Of a stretch of DNA of 64,000 bases, positions 46,505-61,087 are shown piece by piece. Made by a program: the position numbers and the translations under genes. Positions within the stretch are counted from its first letter, which is position 1, and each line of letters begins with the position of its first letter. This stretch comes from the human T2T-CHM13v2.0 reference genome, Homo sapiens, in assembly GCF_009914755.1 (NCBI RefSeq), contig NC_060929.1; one strand, given 5' to 3'. The notes below the pieces were generated by a model. The model worked only from the letters and a program-made list of their open reading frames with translations, ran no database searches and had not been told where the DNA came from.

Positions 46505-47653
46505 TATATATATATGGAAAGAGATAATAGAACATTTATATATATATAGAGAGAGAGATAATAGAAAATTTCTGCATGAAATGAATGTGTCATAATATAG
46601 CTCCCAATTACACAGTGCCATCCAGGAATGTGAGTGAGTAATTGGGAAGCAATTTGCGGCTTAGCCACATGGTGGTCTGTCCACAAATCCTCTGGAGAGG
46701 GAGGCAGCATTCAGTGCACATCTGTGCAAACACTGGTTAATCTGGGTAATGCCTTCGAATTCAAGAATTTAAAACAAGGGCTTTTTCTTTGCTTTGTTTG
46801 AAGAGAAGTTTTCCTACTGCCATTTTCAGATATCAGAAGTGAATCTTAATAACTCTAAGAGGCTGAGCACATTGAGTTGTGTAGGTGTGTGATAGCTGTG
46901 TGTGGGGATACAGAGAGGCAGAGAGAGAGAGAGAATGAGAATGCAGTATACAGAAATATCAAAAAATGTCCAGAGAAAAGCAATGTTGTCTAGTGAAGGA
47001 AGTTCACAAATCTGAGAAAGTCAATTCTGCCAAACTATCCTACGTAACACAGGAATGCAAGTGATGTGAGTATTGATTGCAAATGTGTTAAGTGTTTTGT
47101 GCTTATCTGACATTATATGCTTTGTGAGGGAAGAATAAAAGTACAAAACTGGATGAGGATCGCTTGAAATAAATATCAACAACCTGAAACAAAGCTACTG
47201 CAAAGTAGTAAGGTTTGAGGTAAAATCATGAAATGTTTTTCTCTAAGCATGCATTTGAAATTCTCCTTTCCAGATGAACTGCAATGAAAAGAGTATGTGT
47301 CTGACTGTAGAATAAACAGGATAAACATAATTTTAAAAACTGGGATCAAAAAACAACTTTTTCTAAGCAAATATAAATGAGATTATTTTCTTTCCTTTGG
47401 AAATTAAAAATATAAAGATTCAGAATTTCATAATATATATGGCTCAAAATTCATATGGTCTGAAATGGATAGAAGAAACCTTAGACACATCTCTATCTTT
47501 GTGGTAACTAATATGTAAGGAAAAATACAGACTAGTGACAGCTCAAATATTTTTTGTCTTTTAAGATATTACCTCAAAATACCCACATGTGTTTTTTGTT
47601 TGTTTGTTTTTTAAATTCCAATACACTCTGTTTCCTGCATTGGTGCTAGATAA

Positions 47654-48011
<358 letters not shown>

Positions 48012-48806
48012 TTTTTTTTTTTTTCGAAACAAAAACGCAGGATGGTCTTTAGTAATCTAATGTTTGAAATATTTGATCCCAATATTAGTTTTAAAAATAT
48101 GAAAAGACCCAAGGTAAGCTAGATATTAAAGGCATTACTACCAAGTATTACTATGCAATCAATATTTAGTACACCTTTCATATGCAAGAAAATATGAAGC
48201 TAAGAAAAAGCAGTAGAAAGGCAATAGGGTAATGTTTCTGTCATAAATAGGTATTGAACTTGAAAACTGTGCTTGATTTCTCATTATTTTCTGATCCTTT
48301 ATAAAAATTACGTCATAATATAGGAAAGTTGTATTCAAGAAACTGTCAACACTTTAAGACTTTAGGAAAGTTTTTTCCTAGTATTTTAATGTTAGAACAC
48401 CAGCACATGAAAATAGAATTGGTGTAACTAATATCCTATACTAAATGATCAAACAAATACAAACTAAATACATTTCTTCCAAAAACTCCTAAATACAGCC
48501 CAGAGAAGAATAGGGTTGTATGAAATGTATAATTAAAAAATATAGCTTAAAATAATACAGTATAACTATCCAATTTCTGAATATCAGAGATGTATACTAA
48601 TATGTAATAATGAATCTGAGTAGAATTTAATTCTATAAGCGTTTAATTTCCCAAAGTCACACTGAACTAGGTGGGATATGGCAGCGTGCTTAGTTTTTAA
48701 AGTGTTGCTGCCCATAGTATCAGTCTTCAGATAAAATGTTGAATGTTGGATTAATATTTAAAAGTATAGCCCAAAAGTATACAAGTATTTACTTTAAAAT
48801 TCGGCT

Positions 48807-49141
<335 letters not shown>

Positions 49142-50701
49142 CTAAGATACTGATTTCTTAATCATTTACCTACATTTGTTTCTCTGATTCCAGATTTGGA
49201 TCTTTCAAATAGTGCCAAAAATATTATATACTATTATACAACTCGAAGGCACTGCCAATTTGGGGTTGTTGGGCTTAAAATACAACACTAAAATTTTACT
49301 CTATTCATACATTTCTACTAGGGGTATTTATGACTCTAATTTTCTTCAGATATACAGACTTTCCTGAGGATATGATTCTCACATTAAACTCTGAAACTCA
49401 AATGTACATATTTGAAGCCTGGGTCAAAGTGGTTACAACAGTTTTATTTCGATGGCACTGTGTCAAACCTCCTAAAATATCAGTGAGTTAATAAAAGCAT
49501 TAAAAGAGAATTATCTTTGAAGATGAATTAAATGAACAAAGTACCTTTCAGCAATAATAAACTTCTTTAGATAACATATATTCATAATGCAATATAAAAA
49601 ATAAGGAAAATTCATTAAAAAAATAAAGCACACTACAATCCAGTAACTAATGGCCAAAGATGGTAAATTAATGGTTTTATTTAATTATTCTTTCTTTCAT
49701 TCAACCAATAGTTACTGGATTTTTACTATGCATAAGGTAATTAAGTTAGGTGCACTGGGTACAATGATGGGTAATTCAGACTGATCCCTGGACGCTATTA
49801 CTTTTCTTTTTCAAAACTATTTCCCCAAAGCCATTGAAGTGTCCTGTTTCTCTAAGGTTTATGCAGGTTGACAAAACATGTTTGGTTTCCTATAATGAAC
49901 AGATATATTCCATCTTGTACTCTTCGTGGTACTAATGCGAAAAATATAAATTTTTTTCAAACTTACCTGTGCTATTAACTTTGAAAATTATTTCTCTCTT
50001 TAGTTAGAGAGAAAATCTCTGCACAAGTTTACATGGTGTTAAATTATTTTAAAGTACAGCTATTTCCTTAATGGGGACCTATGTGGAAATTACAGAAGTT
50101 ACTCTAAATCCATAAGTATACATATTTCGCAGATTTTTTAAAAAACTATTTGAATGTAACCAATGACACATTAATTTTTGCAGAGCAAATTTTTTAGAAA
50201 ACTTTGAAGAGCACTGCATCTGGAATATCCTCTTCTTTATATGCTTAGAAATATAAAATATATTTATCACCTAAGAAAAGTAATGATTAGAACAGCTACA
50301 AAATGCTGATGGATATTCGAAGTCCCTAAAAACATCCTGTTTTATTTACAGTGATAATTTAACTTGAATAAATTGACTTTGGAGTTATGTATTTTATTTG
50401 AGAATAAAATGTTAAATTTATATTAATATTAGAAATATAAGAAATGTTATATTTATGTATTATTTGTAATGTCTTTAAATTTAGTGTTAATTACTAAAAA
50501 TATTTTAAAACTTAAAGAACACAATTAATATAATTTCAATATAAACTGGAAATGATACAACTGAGAATCCTACACAAAAGTAAACTAATTAGCAACATAT
50601 AGCAATTTTACAACTAATCTCCATAATGCACCACAGCCAAACTGCCATTTATTCATGGAAATAAAAAGATAACTACTGAAATACTTAAATTTTGCACTTA
50701 C

Positions 50702-50830
50702 CAACCTCCACAACACTAGAACAGTTGGGGTCTGTGAAGCCATCTGGACACTCACAGGAAAAGGAACCATCAGCCAATCCTGGCAAACAGATACCTCCAT
50801 TTTCACATGGATTGGGATCACAAATATCAC
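50702..50830 (-). CDS. EDIL3: EDIL3 (Del-1) exon 2, 129 nt, phase 1-1, encoding EGF-like domain 1
   Basis: Minus strand reads ttttttatgccttag|GTGATATT...GAGGTTG|gtaagt. It translates to (G)[42 protein letters not shown], a six-Cys EGF pattern matching recalled human EDIL3. The ORF track entry 50585..50830 reads a different frame. Confidence 0.98.
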
Positions 50831-51149
50831 CTAAGGCATAAAAAAAAACCGAAATTGACATTTTTTTTTTGTCTTGGACATTGAAACATACTAGTTTACT
50901 TTGCTATGGATGTTCCCTTGGCAAAGTCAAAAGTCAGGGTAATATTAAGATTCACACATAAGATCTGCAAGACTCATTTCAAACCATGTACTCAAAAAAA
51001 AATACTATGTAACATGGCAAAAATTAAACTGCATAATTCAAACACTGCCTCTGAAAGCTATTGGTTCAGTTTGGAGTTCCTTCATAATATGTAAAGAGAA
51101 TGTTGTCTAATTGGTTAATAAATATTAACCTAAATATCTGTAATAGACT

Positions 51150-52175
51150 AGTGTCATTAATTACTCTAATAAATACCTTCTTTATATCCACACAGTTTAC
51201 TCTTTAACTCTTTAAAGGACAGGAGTTTATTTCTGGATCCCTAGAATCTGGGCTTGTCCATGTGACTTGCTTTGGCCAGTAGGTCGTTAACAGACTTGAA
51301 GACAACAGAGATTTGAAAAGCACTTGAAGACATCTACTTCCTCTCTTGGAGTGCTGAGATCGTCATGTGAATGAATTCAGGCTAGCTTGCTTGAGATGAG
51401 TGAAAGAAATGTGGAAGGATAAGAAAGAAACTGCTACAGAGAAATAACTTATGACATAACAGAAACCCCACAATACGTGGCCTTGGCTGTGGCAATGGGT
51501 GGCAGATAGTATCTGGAAAAGCAGTCATGGCCATGAAAAGCTAGAAAAATGGCTACCCATTTTATGTAGTGAGTAACAATTGATAAAGCTGTCATCTGAG
51601 GTAACTGGGGAGGTAGAACATGTATGCGATGAACTTTTCATATGAGTAAGGAGATTTCCGGGCAGACTGTTAAAGCATCAGTTGGCTCTTACTGCCTGCA
51701 TATGATAAGGTGCTACAATAAAGAGATGAGCTAAATAAAGAACCAGTCCATTTGAAAGTAAAGGGAAGTAGTATACAAGGACCAGGACTTGTGTTAGAAA
51801 ACACAATTGTTTCTAAACTCCCAACTCTCAAAGTGGTAAATTATCGAATGCCAGAAAGACATGGCCCAACATAAATATCAATCATGGATGTGGCTACAAA
51901 CCTCCCTGTGAAAACATTTCAAATAATTCAGGTGGAGCCTGAAAGATCTTCTCAGCTAAATAAAAGGGCTTCTAGAGACCTTAAGGATTGTCCCTGAGAA
52001 GGCTGACATACCCAAAGTAGCACTGATTAAGTCTGGAGTAAAAAGCAGGCTTCAGACAGAATCATGGGTGTGGCTTTATTGCACACAGGATTTGAATCAG
52101 ATGCACAAAAACCCATACAGTTTTAAAGGGAGCTTTGTAGGTGAAACTGCCACCTCCTGGACTCAATGAGTAAGG
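51150..52175 (+). mobile_element. Old MLT1 LTR plus MaLR internal fragment
   Basis: ctagaatctgggcttgtccatgtgacttgctttggcca, then internal-like gtggccttggctgtgg and tatgataaggtgctac. Confidence 0.6.
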
Positions 52176-52399
52176 GACTTTTCAAAATAAAAAAGCATCT
52201 GGGCACCAACTTCCTACTAGTTTGTATTTCTTAGTTATGTTATTCTCTGTAAGGTTTTTCACATGAGAATTATTTAAACTCTTTTCCAGATGAAGCACTT
52301 TAAAAATATTTGAAAAATGAAAATTCAGGTTATGATTTCTGTCAAATATAAACCAAGTCATTAGCCACACTAAGATGATAGATTAAAACAGTACCTAAG

Positions 52400-54400
52400 T
52401 GCTGGAGCAGACCTTAGAAAAGAGAGTCATAAAATGAATGAATTAATGTTTGGGGAATACCAAAGAATTTAGCGTGGCTGGACCATGGAGTATTTAATCT
52501 GGAATGGCTAAGAAAGTATAAATATGTTAGATCAGGGAGGATTAAAAAGTGCCATTGTAATTTTTAAGATAAGGAATCAATGAGAGAGTGTCTAACATTT
52601 TTAACATGTATTTTAAAGTTTGGACATGGTCAGATCTAAATTAAGAAGACAATCCTGGCAGCATTTTGAATGGGGTGATTGATGACTGATAAAGATACTT
52701 CAGTAGACTTGCTATCATTTATATACTTATCATCTAACTATCTATCTATCTATCTATCTATCTATCATCTATCTATCTATCTATCCATTTATCCATCCAC
52801 ACATATAGCTAGCTAGCTATCCTTCCATTTGTCTATCAATTTGTCTATCTGTCCTTCTAGTCCTTGAGTACCTATTGCATGGTAGGCAGGCACTGAGGTA
52901 AGTGCTGTATATACCAAACTAAATAACAGACTATGGAGCTTAGTGGGAGAGATAAAAATGCAGGAACAATTACAATTATACTACACAGTAGTAACACCTG
53001 CAACTGGTATACATGATCCAAACTGTGGGACCAGTGGAGACTTTTAAGGAGACTCAGCGCTATCAGGTGATGAAGAGGAGAGAGCGTATGCTTAATATTC
53101 CAGGCAAAGGGAATAACACACTTAAAGGAAAAAGGTCATGTCTCATTCCAGGAACTTCAGGTAGGCCACTGTAGCTAGAATATAAATACGTATTAGAAAT
53201 AGAAAATGATGAGGTCCAAAAGGTAGGAAGGCCATATGAATCAAGGTCTTGTATGCTGTGCCAAAAATTTTGGAGTTTATCTTCAAGCACTGGAAAATTA
53301 TAAAAGAACTTGAAATATGGGAAAGTGTATCACCACATTTGTGCTTTGGAAGAATCACTAAGGCAGCAATGTGTTGAATCAGATGGAGGAGGTTGGGCCG
53401 AGGGAAAAAGGAAAATGCATTTATTGTTTGAAGTAGTCTCAAAAAAAATGATGAAGATTCTCTTGACCCTTCATAGAGGTGGCTACAGACAGGGAAATCA
53501 AAAGAGGCATCATTTAATATCAAATCTAGTTAATAAATACTAGGTAATGAAACCAGAATAAAAGTTCCCCCAAATCAAGACCCACCCACCTATGTGGAGT
53601 AATCAGTGTAAGGACACAGTCTCATATTTACATATTTACCTAAAAATAAGAACCCTTCTTTCAGATCCCACTCTGTCCTATAACCAAGTTCTTGCATCAG
53701 ATAGTAACTGAGGTAGGCCTACAGTCCTGATATACCCAGGGCCAAAGGAGGTTCTTTCAATTATCCCATCATTATGGAGAGTGCCTTAAGAATCCTTTCT
53801 GGTGCCTTAAGAAACCTTCCATGGCCCCTGTGCTGCCCTCTCTAGATGATAATGCTAAATCGAGTCAATTTTCTACCAGGCATGTGGGCCAGTCATATCA
53901 TGTTTCTGTGGTCAAAATGAGACAGGACTATCTGCTCAAGTCTCATTATATCTTAGAGATGCCAACTGTTGTTTAACTGACATGTTTTTCTCTCTTCTCC
54001 TTGTAATTTTTGTTCTTCTTTTTTGCTTATGGAAACACATTTCTAATACACTCGAAATTTTCATCTTATTTCCATCATTAGCATACTATCTTTTGAAAGG
54101 GAGAAAACAGGTAATAGATTTGAGAAACATGTACAAGGTAGAATCAAGATGATATTTTGACCAAATTGATCCAGGGGTTGAGGAAGAGCAAAAAATTTGG
54201 GTTGATTTCCAGAGCTCCTGCCTGGATGATTGAGTAGCCATCCTTTATAAGGAAATATAGTAGATTCAGTTTTAAAGGGATTATTGTATTTGAAAAGTCT
54301 GTAGAAGATCTAAAATGAAAATGTCCGATTAAGCTATTATATAAGTAGATGTAGAATTAAAGAGCCTCTGCTTAAACATGACTTGTTAAGTATGAAGGTT
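52400..54400 (-). mobile_element. Scattered L2 fragments
   Basis: ttgagtacctattgcatggtaggcaggcactg and purine-rich reverse L2 body. Confidence 0.5.
52737..52786 (+). repeat. (TATC)n STR, interrupted
   Basis: Direct observation. Confidence 0.93.
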
Positions 54401-54789
54401 AATACTATATTTCACTGAGTCTATTAAGGGAGGGCAGGGGAAGGGAGTGAAGGGGATGAGAGCAAAGAGAAACGAAGAGAGGAGAGGTCCTTAGGCATAC
54501 CAACAAATAAGTGAGGAAAAGATATAAGATTCTTCATAAAAGAAAGAAGTTAATGCTTGGCCCATTGTAGCCCGGTATAAATGTTCAGTTTATTAAACTG
54601 TGGTCTACCATGTCAAAGTCTTTCTGAAATTAATAAGGGCCCCACATGCAACTGTGTTGGGTGGACAGTGGCAATAGAAACCAAAGTTTTGATCTTGGAC
54701 AAAGTAGAGGATAAACAACAAACATAATTAGGGTTATTATAGATTTTGTTTAAAATCTGTTTCTCTATACATAATCATTAGTAGCATGC

Positions 54790-55255
54790 TTTAATCAGAT
54801 GGGTTCTCCAAGAAGGAGATGCTAAGATGAAGTTAAGAGCGTAACAAGTTTATTGAGAAGTAATGTCTGCGAATGACAAAATGAGGAGGAAGCAGAAATG
54901 AGCAGGAAAAGCTTCAACTTGCGATATAGGTATGACACCAATAAAAATAAATGAAAGACATGAGGGTGGGGATGGTCGGGACAGGATTGACCAGGGAGAG
55001 CCTCAGTCTATAATGCAGATTTGAGAAAGTCTTAGTCAATCACACAGGGAGCTCCAGAGCAAAGATTATTGTTGGAAGGAATTCCCCTAGGTCAGGAATG
55101 ACAGGCACTAGGGCAATCCAGGTAGAGTGAGGGCCTAAGGCTCAAGTAGGGTCCTGAAAGTTCTGCAGGAGGCTGTCAGCTAACTACATACTTGTAGCTG
55201 GACAGCACATTCTTTCTTAAAGAAGGATTAGAGCCGTGCACCTCCACGGGGACCC
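54790..55255 (-). mobile_element. Old MLT1-like LTR
   Basis: gggttctccaagaaggagatgctaagatg...ggagctccagagcaaagatt...gctgtcagctaact. Confidence 0.5.
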
Positions 55256-55551
55256 ACAAACCCCTCTCACTCTCAAAACTGTCCTGATTTGAATGAGTTA
55301 TACGGTTACTTAGGTCAAAACCATCATATCTCAGCCTATTTCCTTTATACGGCCATAATCTCAGTGGTTAGTACAGATGTGGGTTGATACCTTAAGTGAA
55401 AACAAACTCTCTCGGCTAGAATTTCACATCTAATTAAAATACACGGTAGGGATTTCTGATCCTCTGTAATGTCAGTTTATCCAAGGCAGTAGCACCTCAG
55501 GTAAGAAATTCTGACTAAAATGCAATAGGTTCCTAGACTTTAAATCAATAA

Positions 55552-55879
<328 letters not shown>

Positions 55880-58767
55880 TGGTAAAGTCTTTTAAAACTG
55901 CAATGACAACCAGTAGAAGAGGTTAGGCTAAGGAAAGGAAAACAGGGCAATATAAGATTTCATGGTTATTTATCCTACTGTCAGCAGGCTCCTAAAATAT
56001 ACTTCTGCATATTGTAATGTGTGTAGCATTATACTTTGATGTTTCTTGGCCGGCTGGCCTCACCTGCTTAGATTAGGACAGATGTGTTTAATTTGATTCT
56101 AACCATGTTTTATGGTTCCATCTGCAGTTTATGGCAGATTCAGGCAAATTAAGCTCATGCCGATTTGCTTTTTGGCAACAGAATAAAGCAATTATTTTTC
56201 CCAGGGGCAAGAAATCATTGCAGGCTAAATTTAACTTACTGTTTGCCTGCTCTTTCCACCCACTCTCCAGAGTTCTGATCGGACTGCATGATTCTGCATG
56301 AAATCAACATTGTCTTCATTCTTCTCACTGACCTCCTACTTGTTGCCAGTCACCTCATGTTCAAGGTGATTTAGGCACTATCTTATTTTACTTCATTACC
56401 CATTTGCAATCCATGACCTTTTAACCTCAACAGCAAAGTGTGTGAGCACCTATAAAATACTACTTGGTATTGCAGAAGACAATGGTTAAAAAAAACCGAA
56501 AAGCCTAAAATAGGTACCTTTATGATTGTGGTTGTGCATTTTCTGTGAGCTTAGTATATAATTATACAACTTCTCATGCCATACAAAGAAGAAAATTCTA
56601 TGTTGGTACTACTGAGAATCAGGTAGAAAGGACAGCTGATTTTGTTCACTGATAATTAAACTCTTGGATAGTTTGTGTTCAGGTTTCTTTATATGTTAGT
56701 GTTTGTCTCCAGTACACATATCAGAGAATTACTGAATCATTAATCACATATTCATATGCCACAAATAAATAAGGTAGCACTCACTGTAATAAAAGCCATG
56801 AGAGGAGGGAGAAACAGGCTGATGAGAAAAACAGCAAATAAAACTGGTTATTTATGACAGACAGTGAAGCAAGGCCTTCACAAGAGCTGCAAACTGAAGA
56901 ATGAACTAGAATCAGTGGTGTTAAAGCCTAACGAAGAGCATTCTAGGCACAGGGAACAGGAAGTGGTCAGCCCTCATGATAGGTAAGACAGAGATGATTT
57001 CAGGAACAGAAAGGAAGACAGGGGAAAAACTCTCAATAAGTGTTTATTGCCAGCAACACATTTTTAATAGAAACTGATTGATAATTTAAAGCCCAACATT
57101 TGATCCTCTGTGTTCCTGGTAATCAAGGGCAATTCTACTAAGCTTACTCTTTATATGCAGTAAACATCTACTGAACATATACTATTGTATTAATATTTAC
57201 AGGCTAATGTACTTATGAATTTACATGTTGAACTCTTTCTTACATATTAATGTATTTACATAGTACTGTTAATGTATTTATGTATTGACAGTTATATAAA
57301 TATCCTAATAATTTATTTAGATGAATGCATGCTTCTCCATTTTCTCTGCTCTTTTCAAAGTGCTGGCAGCCACCTAGAATATGTCTGCACCATCATCCCT
57401 GCCCTCTCTCCATTTCTGTAAAGAAATTTGTATACAGATATAGAAGTAAAAGCAAAAAAGTAGTAATATATCACCACAGAATGTTACCTCACTAACACAA
57501 GACATTATTAAATTTCTTCAATATCTCAACAAACTAAATGTGAAGAACATTGCAATACATACTTACATATGGAAAAGTAAAATGCAGAGACAATTTAAAT
57601 TCATGTTTTGCATCTGTGACAATGCAGCTCTGTGCATTACAACCTCATCTTCAATCTATTGCTTTCTTGTTGAACTGTACTATCATTTCACTTAAAAACT
57701 GAAAGAAAATAAAGGTTTTGCCTTCTATTGTAGAAGCGAGAGTTTTGAACCAATCTATAGACAGAATATTTGACAAAATGAGTCAACTCTAGTACACAAG
57801 TGAGTAATAATTCTAGTTAAAATTAGATAAAGTTCATGAGAATTTGCATACTCAAATTGGTAAAACTCACAGAAAATGTTAGCACCCTTATGACTTACTA
57901 CCTGTGAAATTGTGTGGAACAAAATAAATGTCATTTTTAAAAATCAACAATAGCCTCACAATTTGCTTTTGTGCCTCTTTAGAGACCATTTGTGTTGAAT
58001 ATTGATATTTCACTTGTTGAACATTCTAATGAGTTTGATGCATAGGTTTTGATTTAAAGCTTTTTCTCACAATTAAAGCTTATGAGTGTGGCCAATTTAA
58101 ATTTCAAATAAATTTGTTAAGAAGGTGCAATCTGATTCTTACCTTCATATGTACTTTAAAAGTAAATTCTAGTTATTATTGCAGACCACCTTGCAATTTG
58201 GAAGTATACAGAAGGAAATAAGATACAAATGTCAATAGGAATAATTATATCTTCATTGATAGAATCTGCTATTTTACTGGTAAATCATTAGACATCCTTG
58301 CAATAAAAGACCATCCATTTCTCCACCTCAGTGTCCACAGAATCCAAAAATAACCACAGAAGACAAAAATCAAATAAATGAACAAAGAAACCTCTTAGAC
58401 TTAGACTCACTCAAAACCACATTAATGCTAATTTAAAGCAGGACATCTCTTAGATGTTATCCAGTGGTTTGCCTCACTATTTTTAAGACATTTTTCTTTT
58501 TAGCTAGGTTTTCAAATGCTAAGGGTATATTGGGCTGAAGAAAATAAGGAGAAAATCTGCTGTTCAGTGTTGACTATTTGAATTTCACAGCTGATGACAT
58601 AAGGCTTCAATCAAGGTCTACTGGATAAAAAGACAAAAATGTTTTGGGCTCTAACATTTTGAAAAACAAAATCTTTTTGCATATGTTTTAGTTTAAAACA
58701 CTCTGGAGAGTCCCTTAAAAGAACCTACAGTTTCTAGAATTGAAAAGGACATTCAAAATGAACTAAT

Positions 58768-58900
58768 CCAGTGGTTCTCAGACTTTACTGCATATTAAAA
58801 TCACAGGGCCGGGGGAGGCTTTTCAAATATCTCATGCCCAGTCCAGTTAAATCAGAATCTCTGGGGATGGTTCCCAGCCCTCCACAGTTTCTTAAAGCTA
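58768..58900 (+). mobile_element. MER5A-like fragment
   Basis: cagtggttctcagacttt...ccagttaaatcagaatctctggggatgg. Confidence 0.65.
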
Positions 58901-59278
58901 ATCCAAATATCTCAATTTATTCAAGAAGAAGGAGAAAGGAATAGGAAAAACCAAGGAAGAAAAGGAAGGAGGGAAAGAGGAAGTTTGGAAGTTAGTTTGT
59001 ATTTTCTTGCCTTTAATTGGGAGAAAGGCAAATGAGGAAGGTATTTATGTGACTAGCTTTCTTTGTTAATTCACTGAGTTAAGAAAAAAATCATTTGCAG
59101 GAAGCTACAATCAGCAAATCATAAATAAGGGCACTCACTATGTTAGGGAAAATAGAATAGCTACTATTTAATATTAACATACATTCCCTACAAACATGTA
59201 ATCCTTACAAAATAAGTAGCGAAAATTTTGTAAATAACCAGGAAATTCAACCATAAACTACAATTCCCAAGGTTGGTT

Positions 59279-59280
<2 letters not shown>

Positions 59281-59332
<52 letters not shown>

Positions 59333-59614
59333 AGATGAAGTCTCACTCTGTCACCCAAGCTAGAGTGCAGTAGTATGATCTTGGCTCACTGCAACCTCCG
59401 CCTCCCAGGTCAGGCAATTCTCATGCCTCAGCCTCCTGACTAGCTGGGATTACAGGCATGTGCCTTTATGCTCAGCTAATTTTTTGTAGTTTAGTAGATA
59501 TGGGGTTTCACTGTGTTGTACAGACTGGTCTTGAATTCCTGAGCTCAGACAATCTGCCTGCCTCAGCCTCCCAAAGTGCTAGGATTATAGGCATGAGCCA
59601 CCGCGCCCCTGGCC
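59281..59614 (-). mobile_element. Old Alu with a 51-nt T homopolymer tail
   Basis: Diverged reverse Alu with a T run at 59281-59331. Confidence 0.92.
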
Positions 59615-60599
59615 CCAAGCATTTTTGACTATATTATTTCTACCTATGAAGAATATCCATCCAATCATTAGTTAATATTTACTGAAGCCCATCTATATGC
59701 CACTAAGTCATAATTACTGCACATATTATAGGGCCCATGATGGACAAATTCCTATTCTCAAAGACTCTCACAAAAAGACACAAATAAGTTGATAAATAGT
59801 TACCACTGCTTGTTAGGTCCAAGAAAGCATGAGAGAGGGCCACCAAACCCAGAACTGTGAGTCAAGAAGCCTTCTGAGAGCAAGTGACCTTCCATTAGAG
59901 ACCAGAGTGAGCACCAGTGTTGCACAGTTCTGAGGGCTCAGTTTAGCTAAGGGCCAAGAAGTACTGTCTTGCTTTAGAAAAGGTGATGTTCCTTGATGAC
60001 CTAGATGAAGGCACATCCACAGGAGTGGTAGGCATCAGTGCCAGCCTGAAGTAGGTTAAAGAATCAAAGGGGTAGGTGTATTAGAAGTAATGATGCAATT
60101 CTTTCAGGAGTTAGATGAAAGCATGGCAGTGTGTTATGCGGGATATACCACCATGATTTAAGAAAATCGCACGGGGCAGAGTTGGCATCCTACTCTGCTA
60201 CTCTCTAATTATTCTGTGTTTCTAAATCATTGTTTGCTTTTTTGAAAAATGGTAATGGTAAAGGTTAAATGTTAGAATGCAGGTTACAAGTTTAGTGAAG
60301 TTCCTGCCATAGAAAGTGCTCAATAAATGTTAGTCAAATACCTATAGAAATCTAGTGGGACACATTTTGGAAATATATTTAAAACATCAGAAACCTGATG
60401 ATGTAGGTGCTGATAGAAGCAACTACTAGAAAGAAGTGGTTAAAGAAAACAGTGGAGAAGGAATAATCAGAAGGGTGAGAGCATGTGTACAAATACGATG
60501 AATGAGCCTCGGAGTACATATGGAAGGATTCAGCTTTGACTCAAGGAGGAAGATGTACCAGGAAGTTTGAGCCTGGATGACACAAACTGAAGGAGTTCT

Positions 60600-61087
<488 letters not shown>

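Noticed and set aside
50585-50830. 81-aa ORF overlapping exon 2
   Set aside because: It is an alternative frame of the real EGF exon running on into intron.
50702-50830. O-fucose, O-glucose or O-GlcNAc consensus in EGF1
   Set aside because: C2-C3 has Ile before Cys, C1-C2 lacks Ser, and C5-C6 has TD instead of TG.
53630-53655. Possible recursive splice site tttttag|gtaaat on the minus strand
   Set aside because: Short pyrimidine tract and weak donor; expected by chance.
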